From an uncultured delta proteobacterium (lineage in GTDB: Bacteria; Desulfobacterota; Binatia; UBA9968), in assembly GCA_963760795.1 (NCBI GenBank), contig CAVXEP010000013.1, forward strand, positions 244,919 through 308,918: a DNA stretch of 64,000 nucleotides, written 5' to 3'. The position numbers and the translations under genes were made by a program. This document shows positions 53,033-63,133 of this stretch, piece by piece. How positions within the stretch are numbered: position 1 is the stretch's first letter; every line of letters begins with the position of its first letter. Below the pieces are notes generated by a model. That model was not told the DNA's origin and did not search any database. It saw nothing but the letters and a program-made list of their open reading frames with translations.

Positions 53033-54028
53033 CTATTTTCGCCCGTAGAGTTTTTCGATAAAGCCGCTTTTTCTCAATTCGTCGACGAAGCGCAGCTCCA
53101 CCATCTCCTCGGCCTTGACTTTCGCGGCGCGCGGATCGGTCAGGGCCTGCACCTCCAGGGTTTGCTTCAGCCCCTCGACGGTCGGATAGGTGTCATTGAT
53201 GAGCAGCTCGGAGTTGGCGGTATGAGCGCCTTCCAAGACCTCGCGCGGCAAGCCGCGGGTGTATTTGGCCATGATCTTGATCGATTCTTCTTTGCGGGTT
53301 TTAAAAAAGTGAATCGATTCCGCCATAGTCCAGACCAGGCGTCGCACTTCATCGGGTTCTTCGCGGATCTTCTTGCGGGTGGTGACGCTGCAGTTGAACT
53401 GAAATGGCACGTTTAGTTTCGCCATGTCGATGATCACCTTCATGCCCATCTTTTCACCCTGGATTCGTTCCCCGTCGGTTACCACCGTAAAATCCGCCTG
53501 GCCTTGAGCGACCGCGGCAAGCCGGGCCGGCGCACCGCCGACGGTGATCGCTTTGATGTCTTTGTAACTGACGCCGACTTTGGAAAGTGCCAATCGCATG
53601 GCGAAATCCGCGGATGTGCCGGGAATGTGCACTGCCGCCGCGCGCCCTTTGAGCAATTCCGGGGAACGGATGCTGGCGTTGCCGATAATGAAATAAGGCA
53701 ATGTATTCATCTGGCTCTGGATGATGGCAATGTCCGCGCCGGCGAGCTTGGCGTTGATCACCGCGGGGCCGACCGCGCCGCTATAGCCGAGATCGCCGGC
53801 GATCAGGCTTTGAATCCCGCGCACGCTGCCATTGATGAAAATCGTGTCGAGATCGAGGCCATGTTTTTTGAACAGACCCGCTTCTTTGGCGATCCAATAA
53901 ATTACCGATGAGTTGGTCGAATCGGAGATATAAGCGATGTAGCTTTTCGCCTCAGCGTCCTGCTGGCGCGGCGCCAGTGCCACTAACAGCGTGCAGAAGA
54001 CGATCCATTTAATTCGTCGATTCAACAT
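53033..54028 (-). CDS. NMT1/THI5 (SsuA/TauA-like) ABC substrate-binding protein
   Basis: Signal peptide; 'IAKEAGLFKKHGLD', 'YPTVEG', terminal 'FVDEL.KSGFI.KLY'. Confidence 0.9.
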   Translation of the reverse strand: MLNRRIKWIVFCTLLVALAPRQQDAEAKSYIAYISDSTNSSVIYWIAKEAGLFKKHGLDLDTIFINGSVRGIQSLIAGDLGYSGAVGPAVINAKLAGADIAIIQSQMNTLPYFIIGNASIRSPELLKGRAAAVHIPGTSADFAMRLALSKVGVSYKDIKAITVGGAPARLAAVAQGQADFTVVTDGERIQGEKMGMKVIIDMAKLNVPFQFNCSVTTRKKIREEPDEVRRLVWTMAESIHFFKTRKEESIKIMAKYTRGLPREVLEGAHTANSELLINDTYPTVEGLKQTLEVQALTDPRAAKVKAEEMVELRFVDELRKSGFIEKLYGRK

Positions 54029-54570
54029 GAAGCCCTCCTACTGAATGGGCGCTGCCGGCCGTCGTAAGAATGTTCACGCTTTATCCGATCCCACAGCCCT
54101 GAACAAGAGCCATGCTCGGCGGTGAAATAGCGGGCACCGGCGATCAAAATGCAGTAAACCGGGAGGAAACGGGCTAAGGCATAACAGTCAATATCTTTTT
54201 CGACATCTGAGCCCTTGGATTCTTTGTTGCTCACAATGGCACGGCATTCTGAACTGTTGCCATCGAGGGCACGAGGGCATGGAGCCAAGTCTAGCATTCA
54301 CACACTTTCGCCAAGGAACCTTGCATCGCCAGCGAATTTTTGTTTTTGGCCGTTGCCCCACCTTGCTAACTTGCGGTTAATTCCTAGCAGACATGCCTTG
54401 CTGCGACGAATATGTTTTCTCATTTGACACAGCGTAGCGAGCGGAAGTAGAAATCATCACGACAATCTGGATTTGTGGAAGTGAGCGAACGGCGCCACCC
54501 CGTCTTATCGCGCTAGGCCGGTCAGTGCCGCTGAAGCAACGCTGTTAGTCAAACGAAGCAAGGAGTCACG

Positions 54571-55575
54571 ATGCTCCAACCGCGAATGGTTACACGGCGT
54601 AAGTCTATCATGACACTGATCACCGTGCTGGTCGCTTCGTTTTGCGCCACCGGCGCTCACGGCCAGGATAAGATCAGGGTTGGCTATGGTTCTCTGAGCA
54701 CAAGCTACGCCGCGATATGGGTGGCGGGCGAAGCGCGTTTGTTTCAGAAAAACGGCATCGATGCGGAAGTTCTTTACCTGGAGAGCGCGCTCGTGCGCAC
54801 GGCATTGCTCACCGGCGATATTGCCATGGGCGGCATGTCGGGGACGACCATGGCCGCGCCCCGCTTGCAAGGTGCGGATCCGATACTTATCGCGAGCTTT
54901 TCAAATTCGCTGCAGTACCGCTTGGTCGTGCGGCCGGATATTCGAACGGTTGCCGATCTCAAGGGCAAGCGCGTCGGGGTCGCGGGCTTTGGCTTAGGTG
55001 CGCACCGCGGGGCGCAGATCATGTTGGCCAAGCTCGGTCTCAATCCCGATACCGATGTGACCATGCTGCAAATCGGCGGCGATCCGACACGCCTGGCGGC
55101 TTTGTTGAGCGGTACCATCGATGCCTCGGTGTTCAATCCACCGCTTCACAAACGCGCGGCGGAAGCAGGCATGAGAGTGTTGGCGAATATTGAAGAGATG
55201 GGATTTTCGGTTCAGGCCTCCGCGCTGGTCACTACGGACCGGTTCACTAAAAAGAACTACGACCTCACACGGCGCGCCATTCGATCGATCATCGAATCGA
55301 TCCACCTGATAAAAACCAACCCAGAGATCACCAAACGGTCGATCAGAAAATACCTGCGCTTCAAAGACGAGCGGGACACGGAAGAAGCCTATCAAATCAT
55401 GCGCGACACTCTGGCGAGAAAACCCTATCCGACCGTCGAAGGCGTCAAGACGGTCCTCGAAGAGCTGAGCCCGAAGTTGCCCGCGGCAAAAACCGCTCAG
55501 CCGCGCGATTTCATGGATACGCGGTTCATCGATGAACTCGATCGCTCGGGTTATATCGACCGGCTTTACAAATAA
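54571..55575 (+). CDS. NMT1/THI5-type ABC substrate-binding protein
   Basis: 'LFQKNGID', 'DLKGKRVGV', 'KPYPTVEG', 'ELDRSGYIDRLY'. Confidence 0.9.
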   Translation: MLQPRMVTRRKSIMTLITVLVASFCATGAHGQDKIRVGYGSLSTSYAAIWVAGEARLFQKNGIDAEVLYLESALVRTALLTGDIAMGGMSGTTMAAPRLQGADPILIASFSNSLQYRLVVRPDIRTVADLKGKRVGVAGFGLGAHRGAQIMLAKLGLNPDTDVTMLQIGGDPTRLAALLSGTIDASVFNPPLHKRAAEAGMRVLANIEEMGFSVQASALVTTDRFTKKNYDLTRRAIRSIIESIHLIKTNPEITKRSIRKYLRFKDERDTEEAYQIMRDTLARKPYPTVEGVKTVLEELSPKLPAAKTAQPRDFMDTRFIDELDRSGYIDRLYK

Positions 55576-55638
55576 AATTTCGCAGCCCAATCGCCGCGTC
55601 GGTCCTTGGGTCGCGCTCAAAGAATGCGGACAAGGATC

Positions 55639-56796
55639 TCAATCCAGGATCCTCGGTCCAAACAATTTGACCGCATTGTCCCACAGAATCTTGCGCTTGT
55701 GGTCGTCGGCAATGGGTTGGGCGTCCAGATCGGGGAGCGCTCGTTTTGGCTCGATCGCATCGGGGTGCGGGTAATCCGTGTTCCAGACAATGTTCTCGCC
55801 TTTTAGATCCTCCACCACATACTTGAGAGCCCGCTCATCGCTGTCGCAAGAGATCATGCACTGGCGCATGAAGTATTCGCTCGGCAGCATCCGCAATTTT
55901 TCCGATCTTCCCATGACGCTATTGCGCCCATGGGTATGATCATCCATGCGGCCAAGCCAGAAGGGCAGCCAGCCGGCGTTGGATTCGAGAATCGCGACCC
56001 GCAGCTTCGGAAAGCGCTCAAGAATGCCGGTGAAGATAAAATGGCCGAGGGTGGTCATGTTGTCGCAAGGAAATCCCAGCGCATGGTCTAGGCCGCGCAG
56101 CGCCAGCTCCATGTCGTCTTGCCGTTGACCTTCAAGCTGGCGAAACGGATGAAAGCGACGCTGCCGGTATTCGCCGTGGGCCGAGATCGGAAAATCCAAC
56201 TCAGAGGCGAGCGCCCAGAGCGCGTCATATTCCGGTTCATGCAGATACTTGCCGACCGGAAGAAATGGGTTACGCACCGATACCGCGCCAAGTTCGGTGA
56301 CCGCGCGCCGCGCTTCCTTGACCATTTCGCCGATATCTGAACCAGGCAGGACCGCAACAAACTTCAGCCGCTTCGGATCGGCGCTACAATAGTCACGGCA
56401 CCAATTATTGTATGCGCGGCACATGGCAGCGCCCAATTCAAGATCCGTCAACGCAACCCGGAAAGCGAAGTTACCATTGTTGCCGGTCGGGAGCAGGACT
56501 TGAATGTCCCACCCATACTTATCCATGTCCTTGAGCCGGATCTCTGCGGACCACCACTGGCGATAGGCTTCGCCATACTTTTCTTCCAATACCGCCCAGG
56601 CACTCGCCGGCGGCCGGAGTTGCAGATCGCCTTTAGGAATAATTTTACCATCGGGCTCATACACCATGAACACACCGTCCATGAAAGCGACCTTTGGAAC
56701 GCGATCACGGAACTTCGGTTCGACATATCGATCCCAAAGATATTCGGGTTCATGCATATGCGCATCGGCATCGATGACCTTCATTCCCTTCCACAT
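55639..56796 (-). CDS. Amidohydrolase family 2 protein
   Basis: 'IDADAH', 'ERFPKLRVAILE...GW', 'DYPHPD', 'DNA..LF'. Confidence 0.9.
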   Translation of the reverse strand: MWKGMKVIDADAHMHEPEYLWDRYVEPKFRDRVPKVAFMDGVFMVYEPDGKIIPKGDLQLRPPASAWAVLEEKYGEAYRQWWSAEIRLKDMDKYGWDIQVLLPTGNNGNFAFRVALTDLELGAAMCRAYNNWCRDYCSADPKRLKFVAVLPGSDIGEMVKEARRAVTELGAVSVRNPFLPVGKYLHEPEYDALWALASELDFPISAHGEYRQRRFHPFRQLEGQRQDDMELALRGLDHALGFPCDNMTTLGHFIFTGILERFPKLRVAILESNAGWLPFWLGRMDDHTHGRNSVMGRSEKLRMLPSEYFMRQCMISCDSDERALKYVVEDLKGENIVWNTDYPHPDAIEPKRALPDLDAQPIADDHKRKILWDNAVKLFGPRILD

Positions 56797-56992
56797 GGTT
56801 GAGTCTCCTTCGTGATCAATTTAGCTCGGACAGTAGGTGATACGATGACTTGGTGTCAACAGCTCAAAGTGCGCTGTTAAGAACGGACAATTCTGGCGAC
56901 ATGCCCGAAAGCCTTGGAGCGTCACGGCAGCGAGAACAAACGGGTTGCCGTCGCAGACATCGGCAGTCCAACTTACGACGACGACCTATAAT

Positions 56993-57970
56993 TCAACGGT
57001 AAAGGCCGTCGATGTATCCGGAGCGGTCTAACTCCTCCAAAACCCTCACGTCAACAAAATCTTTTGGCTCTGCGGTCCTGGCCGCGGGAATTTTTGAACT
57101 CAACTCGCTGATGATATTCTTGAGCCCTTCCAAGGTGGGATAAGGCTTTCTTTGTGTGAGGCTGTCAAGAATCTCATAGGCCTCGTCCAGTTCTTTTTGA
57201 TCTTTCATGCGCATGTATTTGCCAATCGCCCGCTTGGTCACTTCCGGGTTGGTCTTAATCAAATGGATCCCTTCGACAAATGACTTTACCAGACGGCGCA
57301 TGACCTCCGGGTTTTTCGCGATAAAACGCTGCGATGTCACCAGCGCTGAATTCTGAAAAGGAATCCCCATCTCCGCCATATTCGCCAGGACCCTCATGCC
57401 AGCCTCGACCGCCCTTTTATGTATTGGTGGATTCAAAACCGTGGCATCGATTGAGCCATTGATCAACGCGGCGAGCCGAGTCGCCTCGCCGCCAGTTTGT
57501 AAAAGGGTGACATCCTTATCAGGATTGAGCCCGAGCTTCGCTACCACCAGACGGGCCGCCCGTTCGGCCACTAGCCCGAAGCCGGCCACGCCGACGCGCT
57601 TTCCCTTGAGTTCCGCCGCCGACTTGATCTCCGGACGAACAACCAAACGGAACGGCAAGTAATTCTGAAACCCCAGGAGCACAACCAAGTCAGCGCCTTG
57701 AAGCTTGGGCGCAGCCATCGCGGCGCCCGACATCGCGCCGATCGGAATATCTCCGGAAATTAAAGCCGTGCGCACCAAATTGCTTTCGAGATAGAGTACA
57801 TCCACGTCCTGACCGTTCTTTTCAAACAACCGTCCTTCCTTGGTGATCCAGATCAGCGCATAGCCCAAGGAGAAAGCACCGTAACCGATTTTCAAGTTTT
57901 CGGCTCGGCTCGAACCGGTGGACATCCCGAATGTCAGAAACACTACCCATGATATATATCGTAGTTTCAT
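56993..57970 (-). CDS. NMT1/THI5-type ABC substrate-binding protein (paralog of 54571-55575)
   Basis: Shares 'VLYLES.LVRTAL', 'FNPP.HKRA.EAGMRVLAN' and 'ELDRSGYID.LY'. Confidence 0.9.
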   Translation of the reverse strand: MKLRYISWVVFLTFGMSTGSSRAENLKIGYGAFSLGYALIWITKEGRLFEKNGQDVDVLYLESNLVRTALISGDIPIGAMSGAAMAAPKLQGADLVVLLGFQNYLPFRLVVRPEIKSAAELKGKRVGVAGFGLVAERAARLVVAKLGLNPDKDVTLLQTGGEATRLAALINGSIDATVLNPPIHKRAVEAGMRVLANMAEMGIPFQNSALVTSQRFIAKNPEVMRRLVKSFVEGIHLIKTNPEVTKRAIGKYMRMKDQKELDEAYEILDSLTQRKPYPTLEGLKNIISELSSKIPAARTAEPKDFVDVRVLEELDRSGYIDGLYR

Positions 57971-58243
57971 ATCCTTTCGACTGACGCCGACGAACGCAAA
58001 AGATTTCGGATTATCGACGCGCCGCGCCCTTTATCAACTCTATACATTGGTTGGACGAGTACCACGGCGCGCTTCGAACCGTCAATAACATATTCCAGGA
58101 ACTGCTCGGCCTTTCGCTCTTGTCAGCCCGCCACTTATTTCAGTATGGTAACGACTGTCGTCATATTCGCCTCGACTCTCGACTCAATCGCAGTCGAGCG
58201 CTGAGGCGAATTGAGAAGCCACGAGCATCCAACGGAGGTTTCC

Positions 58244-59773
58244 ATGATTGGGCAGACTGATGGGAAGATCAGCTTAGCAGTCATTCTTCTTTTCCTAGCC
58301 GTTGTCAGCCCGGTGCAGCCTGCGGCTGCGCAGACCCGTGTCACGGTCGGCGTAACCGAGACTATGGAAACCTTTCATCCCTACGGCGACAGCGTGGCGT
58401 TGCTCAATACGATCTGGTGCCAGGTCAACGGTTGCCTGGTCGGCTATGATTTTGACAAAGGCGATTACGTCGGGCTATTGGCCGAGCGCTGGGAAGTCAA
58501 AAATCCCAACACCTGGATATTTTACTTGCGGAAAAATCTGCGCTTCCACGACGGCACGCCGATGACCGCGGCCGACGTCGTGCACTCTTACAAGCGGGTC
58601 AGCACCGACCCGCAAAGTAAACAGATGCAAAACGTTTCGCCCATCGCCAGCGCGGAGGCGATCAATCCCACGACGGTGAAGATCACCACCAAAGAACCGA
58701 CGGCGCCGTTGCTGGAGTATATTTCGGATAAATTTTCCATCACCAGCAAAGCCGTCTATGACAAGTATGGCCCCGACGTCGGCGACCGCAAGTTTCCCAT
58801 CGGCGCCGGACCTTACAAGTTCAAAGAACTGATTCCGGGACAACACTTCGTGATTGCCAAGAATCTTGAGCATCCTGACGTAAAGAAAAATCCTCAGGCG
58901 CCTGATGAACTGATTTACCGTGTCATGCGCGAGCCCGAGCAGCGCATGACCGCGCTGCTCAACGGCGAGATCCAAATCGCCCAGTTCGTCCCGCCGCATC
59001 TGCGCGAACGGATCGAAGCCAATCCCAACAACCGGTTAGTTTCGGTGGACTCCATGGAGATCATGTTTTTGGCGATGAGTCCCAAGGTCAAGCCCTGGGA
59101 CAACAAACTCATGCGCCAGGCGGTTGCTTACGCCATCGACCGTGACACCATCATCGCCACGCTATTAAGAGGACAGGCCACGCGGTTGGATGGACCCATC
59201 GGCCAGGGCCAATATGGTTTCGATCCGAAGTTAAAACCCAAGTACGAATTTAACATCGAGAAGGCGCGCCAGCTGGTCAAACAGGCAGGCTATGCCAACG
59301 GCGTCGACGTTGAGTTCTCGACGCCGGTAAGCCGGTACACGTTGGACAAGCAGATCGCCGAAGCCATCGTGCCGATGCTGAACGCCGCCGGCATCCGGGC
59401 GAAATTACAGACGCCGGAGTGGGCGACGCTTTGGGCCAACGTGCAGCAGGGGAAAGTGCCGTTTTATTACATGGGGCGCGGCGGTATCATCGATCCCAGT
59501 CCGGCGATTTCCCAATATTTTGAAACCGGCGCCTCCCCTCGTATCGGCTATTCGAATCCGCAACTGGACAAGCTCTTGGCCCAGGAACGGCAGACCTTCG
59601 ATGCCGCCAAACGCAAACGGGTTCTCGCTCAGGCCATGAGTTTGATCACCGAAGACGCGCCGGCGCACTTCCTGTGGCGCCATCAACTTACCGACGGCGT
59701 CAGCAAAACTATCGAGTACAAAGCCAGACCGGACTTACGAGTCTTCGGCTTGAATATCAAAGTGCTGCGGTAG
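58244..59773 (+). CDS. Family 5 (peptide/nickel) ABC substrate-binding protein
   Basis: 'LAERWE', 'FHDGTPMTAADVVHS', 'PIGAGPYKF', 'RQAVAYAIDR'. Confidence 0.9.
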   Translation: MIGQTDGKISLAVILLFLAVVSPVQPAAAQTRVTVGVTETMETFHPYGDSVALLNTIWCQVNGCLVGYDFDKGDYVGLLAERWEVKNPNTWIFYLRKNLRFHDGTPMTAADVVHSYKRVSTDPQSKQMQNVSPIASAEAINPTTVKITTKEPTAPLLEYISDKFSITSKAVYDKYGPDVGDRKFPIGAGPYKFKELIPGQHFVIAKNLEHPDVKKNPQAPDELIYRVMREPEQRMTALLNGEIQIAQFVPPHLRERIEANPNNRLVSVDSMEIMFLAMSPKVKPWDNKLMRQAVAYAIDRDTIIATLLRGQATRLDGPIGQGQYGFDPKLKPKYEFNIEKARQLVKQAGYANGVDVEFSTPVSRYTLDKQIAEAIVPMLNAAGIRAKLQTPEWATLWANVQQGKVPFYYMGRGGIIDPSPAISQYFETGASPRIGYSNPQLDKLLAQERQTFDAAKRKRVLAQAMSLITEDAPAHFLWRHQLTDGVSKTIEYKARPDLRVFGLNIKVLR

Positions 59774-60151
59774 CAACTGGCGCGACAAATGACCGGTACC
59801 GGGCACAGGGCTGGTAATCCAAACGATCTGTCGGCGAGAGACGCAAAACGTTAACATCTCGATGGCCATCGTTGCCTTGGAACTCGGCACAGTCCGCTGG
59901 AAAAACACGAGGAGTTCAAACCAAGCATTGCCCAGAAATGCAGCCTTTGTTTAGAAAGTAAGGCTTGGGCTTAATGGTTCTGGCACATGCGCACCGCTTG
60001 TCGGCGAGCGTAGGTATTACTCTAGCGGGCGTCTTGAAACCGCTTGGCCGAGACCTTAATCGGCTGTGCAGTTCATCGCGCCTAATCTTGCCGTCACCAT
60101 CGGTGGGCGGGTGCTTGACGAAAGCATTTGTAGAACAGAGAAACTATTAGA

Positions 60152-60403
60152 ATGCACCTGCTTGCCAGTATCTTCGGTCGTCTCATCCTCTGTCTCGGCG
60201 TGATGATTACCGTCGTCGGCTGCGTGATCGGTTCCGTGGTGGGATCGAGTACCGGCACAACTTTGCCCGGTGTCATTTTAATGATTGGTGGCGCGGCGAT
60301 CTATTGGTTTGCTTCGACGACTGTTTGTTCGCAATGCGACAAACGAGTCAGACACGCCGCGCTCGAATGCAAACACTGCGGCGCCATACAACAGCGCCGC
60401 TAG
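60152..60403 (+). CDS. Small two-TM membrane protein with C-terminal zinc ribbon
   Basis: Two hydrophobic helices, then CSQC-x10-CKHC. Confidence 0.6.
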   Translation: MHLLASIFGRLILCLGVMITVVGCVIGSVVGSSTGTTLPGVILMIGGAAIYWFASTTVCSQCDKRVRHAALECKHCGAIQQRR

Positions 60404-60507
60404 GGCCAGGCATGCCAATGATTACAATCTTTACGCTTCTGGCCGACTGCTCGCTTTAACTGCGGGGTCGACTAGAATTGATACTTATCTTCGTGATTGG
60501 GGTCACT

Positions 60508-61373
60508 TTACTTTGCTGCTGATTGAGACATTTGGTCGAGAAACTGCACAGCGCGTGTCAGGTCATACCCATAGAGATGCTGAACCGTGCGAATAGCGCC
60601 TATACGGTCGCCGCTGTCGATGAGATGCAGGATCATCGCTTCCTGTTCGCGCTCGGGCATATGGGCGATGTCACGATAATCGATGGCGCTCGAAGCAGGC
60701 TCGGCAAAGATGACCAAGGGTTGCATCTCCGCCAGTAGAATTTTGAGGGATGGACGGACGCCCCACTCCACTCGAACATTGCCGTCGACGATCTGAACGG
60801 GGTAATGACGACTTCGGCTCGATCCGCTGCCGTACCACTTCGGCTCTCGGGGACCTTGCCGTTGTCTCTCCTCGACCAGCCTGTCATGCAGTTCTTCCGT
60901 ATGCGCTCGATCCCGAAATCGAAATTCAAAATATCGGAGCCGCTGATTCCAGTCATCGCCGCGGTAAAGCCGGGCGTGGAACGCTGCAGTTTGTGTGCGC
61001 GTGCCCATTCGATTTCCGAATACGCAACGCGCAAGACCGTGGGATTGTCGTTGGGAAAACGATGACTGAGATAGGATCGGAATTTAATCAACATCTCCCC
61101 CCTCCCGGTGCGCACCAGCCAGTTGGGGGCTTTCAACCGCGACTTGAGCATTCGCCAGATCATCCACGAGAACAGCCAGAACCAGAACACGATCCAACCA
61201 CAGATGAAGACTCCAAACCATGCGCCTTCGCGCCGCGTCTCAATGGCGCCGATGACTCCGCCGATCGCGATTGCAACTGTTATGAACAGCGCCAGTGAAA
61301 CGGAGTAAACGCGATATTTGAACTCTGTTTTGTAGGGCTCCAACCCTGCCTGAGACAACGTCAGCAACTGCAT
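60508..61373 (-). CDS. Hypothetical membrane protein with an L7/L12-CTD-like tail, one indel
   Basis: ORFs 60633-61373 (2 TM) and 60508-61008 overlap in different frames. Tail 'GDRIGAIRTVQHLYGYDLTRAVQFLD'. Confidence 0.6.
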
Positions 61374-61863
61374 GGTCTGTTCTTTAAGGCTGCTTCCTGC
61401 TCGGAATCGATTCCACCGCCAATCTCAACCTATCCAATCAGACCCACCTGAGGCGGAACTCATTATAGCTTCGGTTGAGTACGATGCACAAATTAAGGGT
61501 TAACTCGCGTTTACGGCAATTCCAATTTTAACGTACGGGTCTCGCCCATCGAATGAAGCAGGAAGACTTGACGATTGCGGTCGCGCCATTGAAGTGATCC
61601 CAGTAACAGTTTTCATCGCCAGTTTGGACTCTGGCTAATATTGGCGTAACTAAGTAAGCGGACCCGCAGCCATCCGTTCACACATCCGTATCCGATCGTT
61701 CACAGCCCAATCTATGTCCGTTTGGCTTGGCCAATCTGAACCGCTGAATTTACAAGTAGATTCCGTCGACTGAACTCGTTGATGTCTCCTGGCATCTGTC
61801 TTGCTCAAAAGGATTATCAACGATTCGAATCGGATTCCAAAAATAATCTTAGGAGGAATACCC

Positions 61864-62740
61864 ATGAAAAATGGCAATGGTAAAAAAGTTGAATCCTATA
61901 TCGCCCACGCCAGCGTTAAGGCCGGCGCATCGGCGCGCGCGATCCTGTCAGCGTACAAGATCGAGGTGCGATTTCTCGGCGGATTGACTACCGCACAGAA
62001 GAACGCTTTCAAAGGCGCCGCCGATCGCTGGTCAAAAGTAATTGTCGGCGATGTGCCCAGCGTAATGATCGGCGGAGAAATCATCGACGATATTCTAATA
62101 TTAGCGCAGGGCGTGGCCATCGACGGCCCCGGCGGTATTCTCGGCCAGGCCGGGTCCTACCCATCTGCGGCCGCCATCGGCTGGGGCCAATGCATTCCTT
62201 CCAGCTAAAGGAATCATGTCGTTCGATACGGCCGACCTCGCGCAAATGCAGGCCAACGGCACGTTATTGGATGTGATCACCCATGAAATGGGTCATGTCA
62301 TTGGGGTCGGCACCATTTGGACCAACAAGGGGCTGTTATTAGGCGCCAACACTAACAATCCGAGGTTCAAAGGAACCGAAGCGAAAAAACAATACGGTAT
62401 TCTGAAGGGCACCGGACCCGTCGCCGTGCCTGTCGAGAACACCGGTGGACCTGGCACGAGAAACAGCCACTGGCGCGAGAGTGTGTTTAAAAACGAACTC
62501 ATGTCTGGATTTATCGCTGCCGCGATCAACCCGCTCAGTAAAGTTACCGTTGCCGGTCTGAAGGATCTCGGCTACTCGGTGAATCTGAGCGCGGCCGAAT
62601 CGTACACCTTGCCGAACTTGCTCCTGATGGCCGAGCGAGGAATGATGGAGGCACAATTCAATCGCGAACACGTGCACACCCTGCCGGTCATCCCGATGAC
62701 ACTACCGCCCGACAGCATGGTTGTCGCACCGCATGCGTGA
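61864..62740 (+). CDS. Leishmanolysin-related zinc metallopeptidase, frameshifted
   Basis: 'IDGPGGILGQAG', 'HEMGHVIG', 'SHWRE', 'NELMSG'. GGAGG RBS. Confidence 0.85.
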
Positions 62741-62797
62741 GATAAATAAAACCTGGGACGCCGCAGCGCTGCTGCGGCGTCGAGGGGAGAATAACCC

Positions 62798-63076
62798 GTG
62801 GAAAAAGTAATCCGTCCGAAGACGACAGTTCTTCCGGACTCGGCACAGCTGCCGGATAGAAATATGCTCAAGCCTGCGCCCAACCGATTCACCCATGAGA
62901 TCGTCGCGGAGCAGCCCTATTACTACATGGGAAGATCTCAGGCTACTCCGCCGGAGGGCGCGTTTGCACCGGGCACGAAGGTAATCCTACTGCGACACGA
63001 TGATGCCGATTGTTGGGTCGCCGATGGCCGCGGATTGTACGTCGCGACTGCATGCTCAGGATTGCGTTTGTTGTAG
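62798..63076 (+). CDS. Hypothetical protein (possible SH3-like fold)
   Basis: 92-aa ORF with GGAG RBS downstream of the peptidase. Confidence 0.55.
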   Translation: MEKVIRPKTTVLPDSAQLPDRNMLKPAPNRFTHEIVAEQPYYYMGRSQATPPEGAFAPGTKVILLRHDDADCWVADGRGLYVATACSGLRLL

Positions 63077-63133
63077 ATAATGCCGCTCGCGTCTACAAGC
63101 CGCGTCGATCTGCGGCCACTTGGCGGGGAGCCA

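Noticed and set aside
59965-60150. Possible riboswitch or structured RNA upstream of the zinc-ribbon gene
   Set aside because: Only short hairpins are present and I recognise no family consensus. An Rfam scan would be needed.
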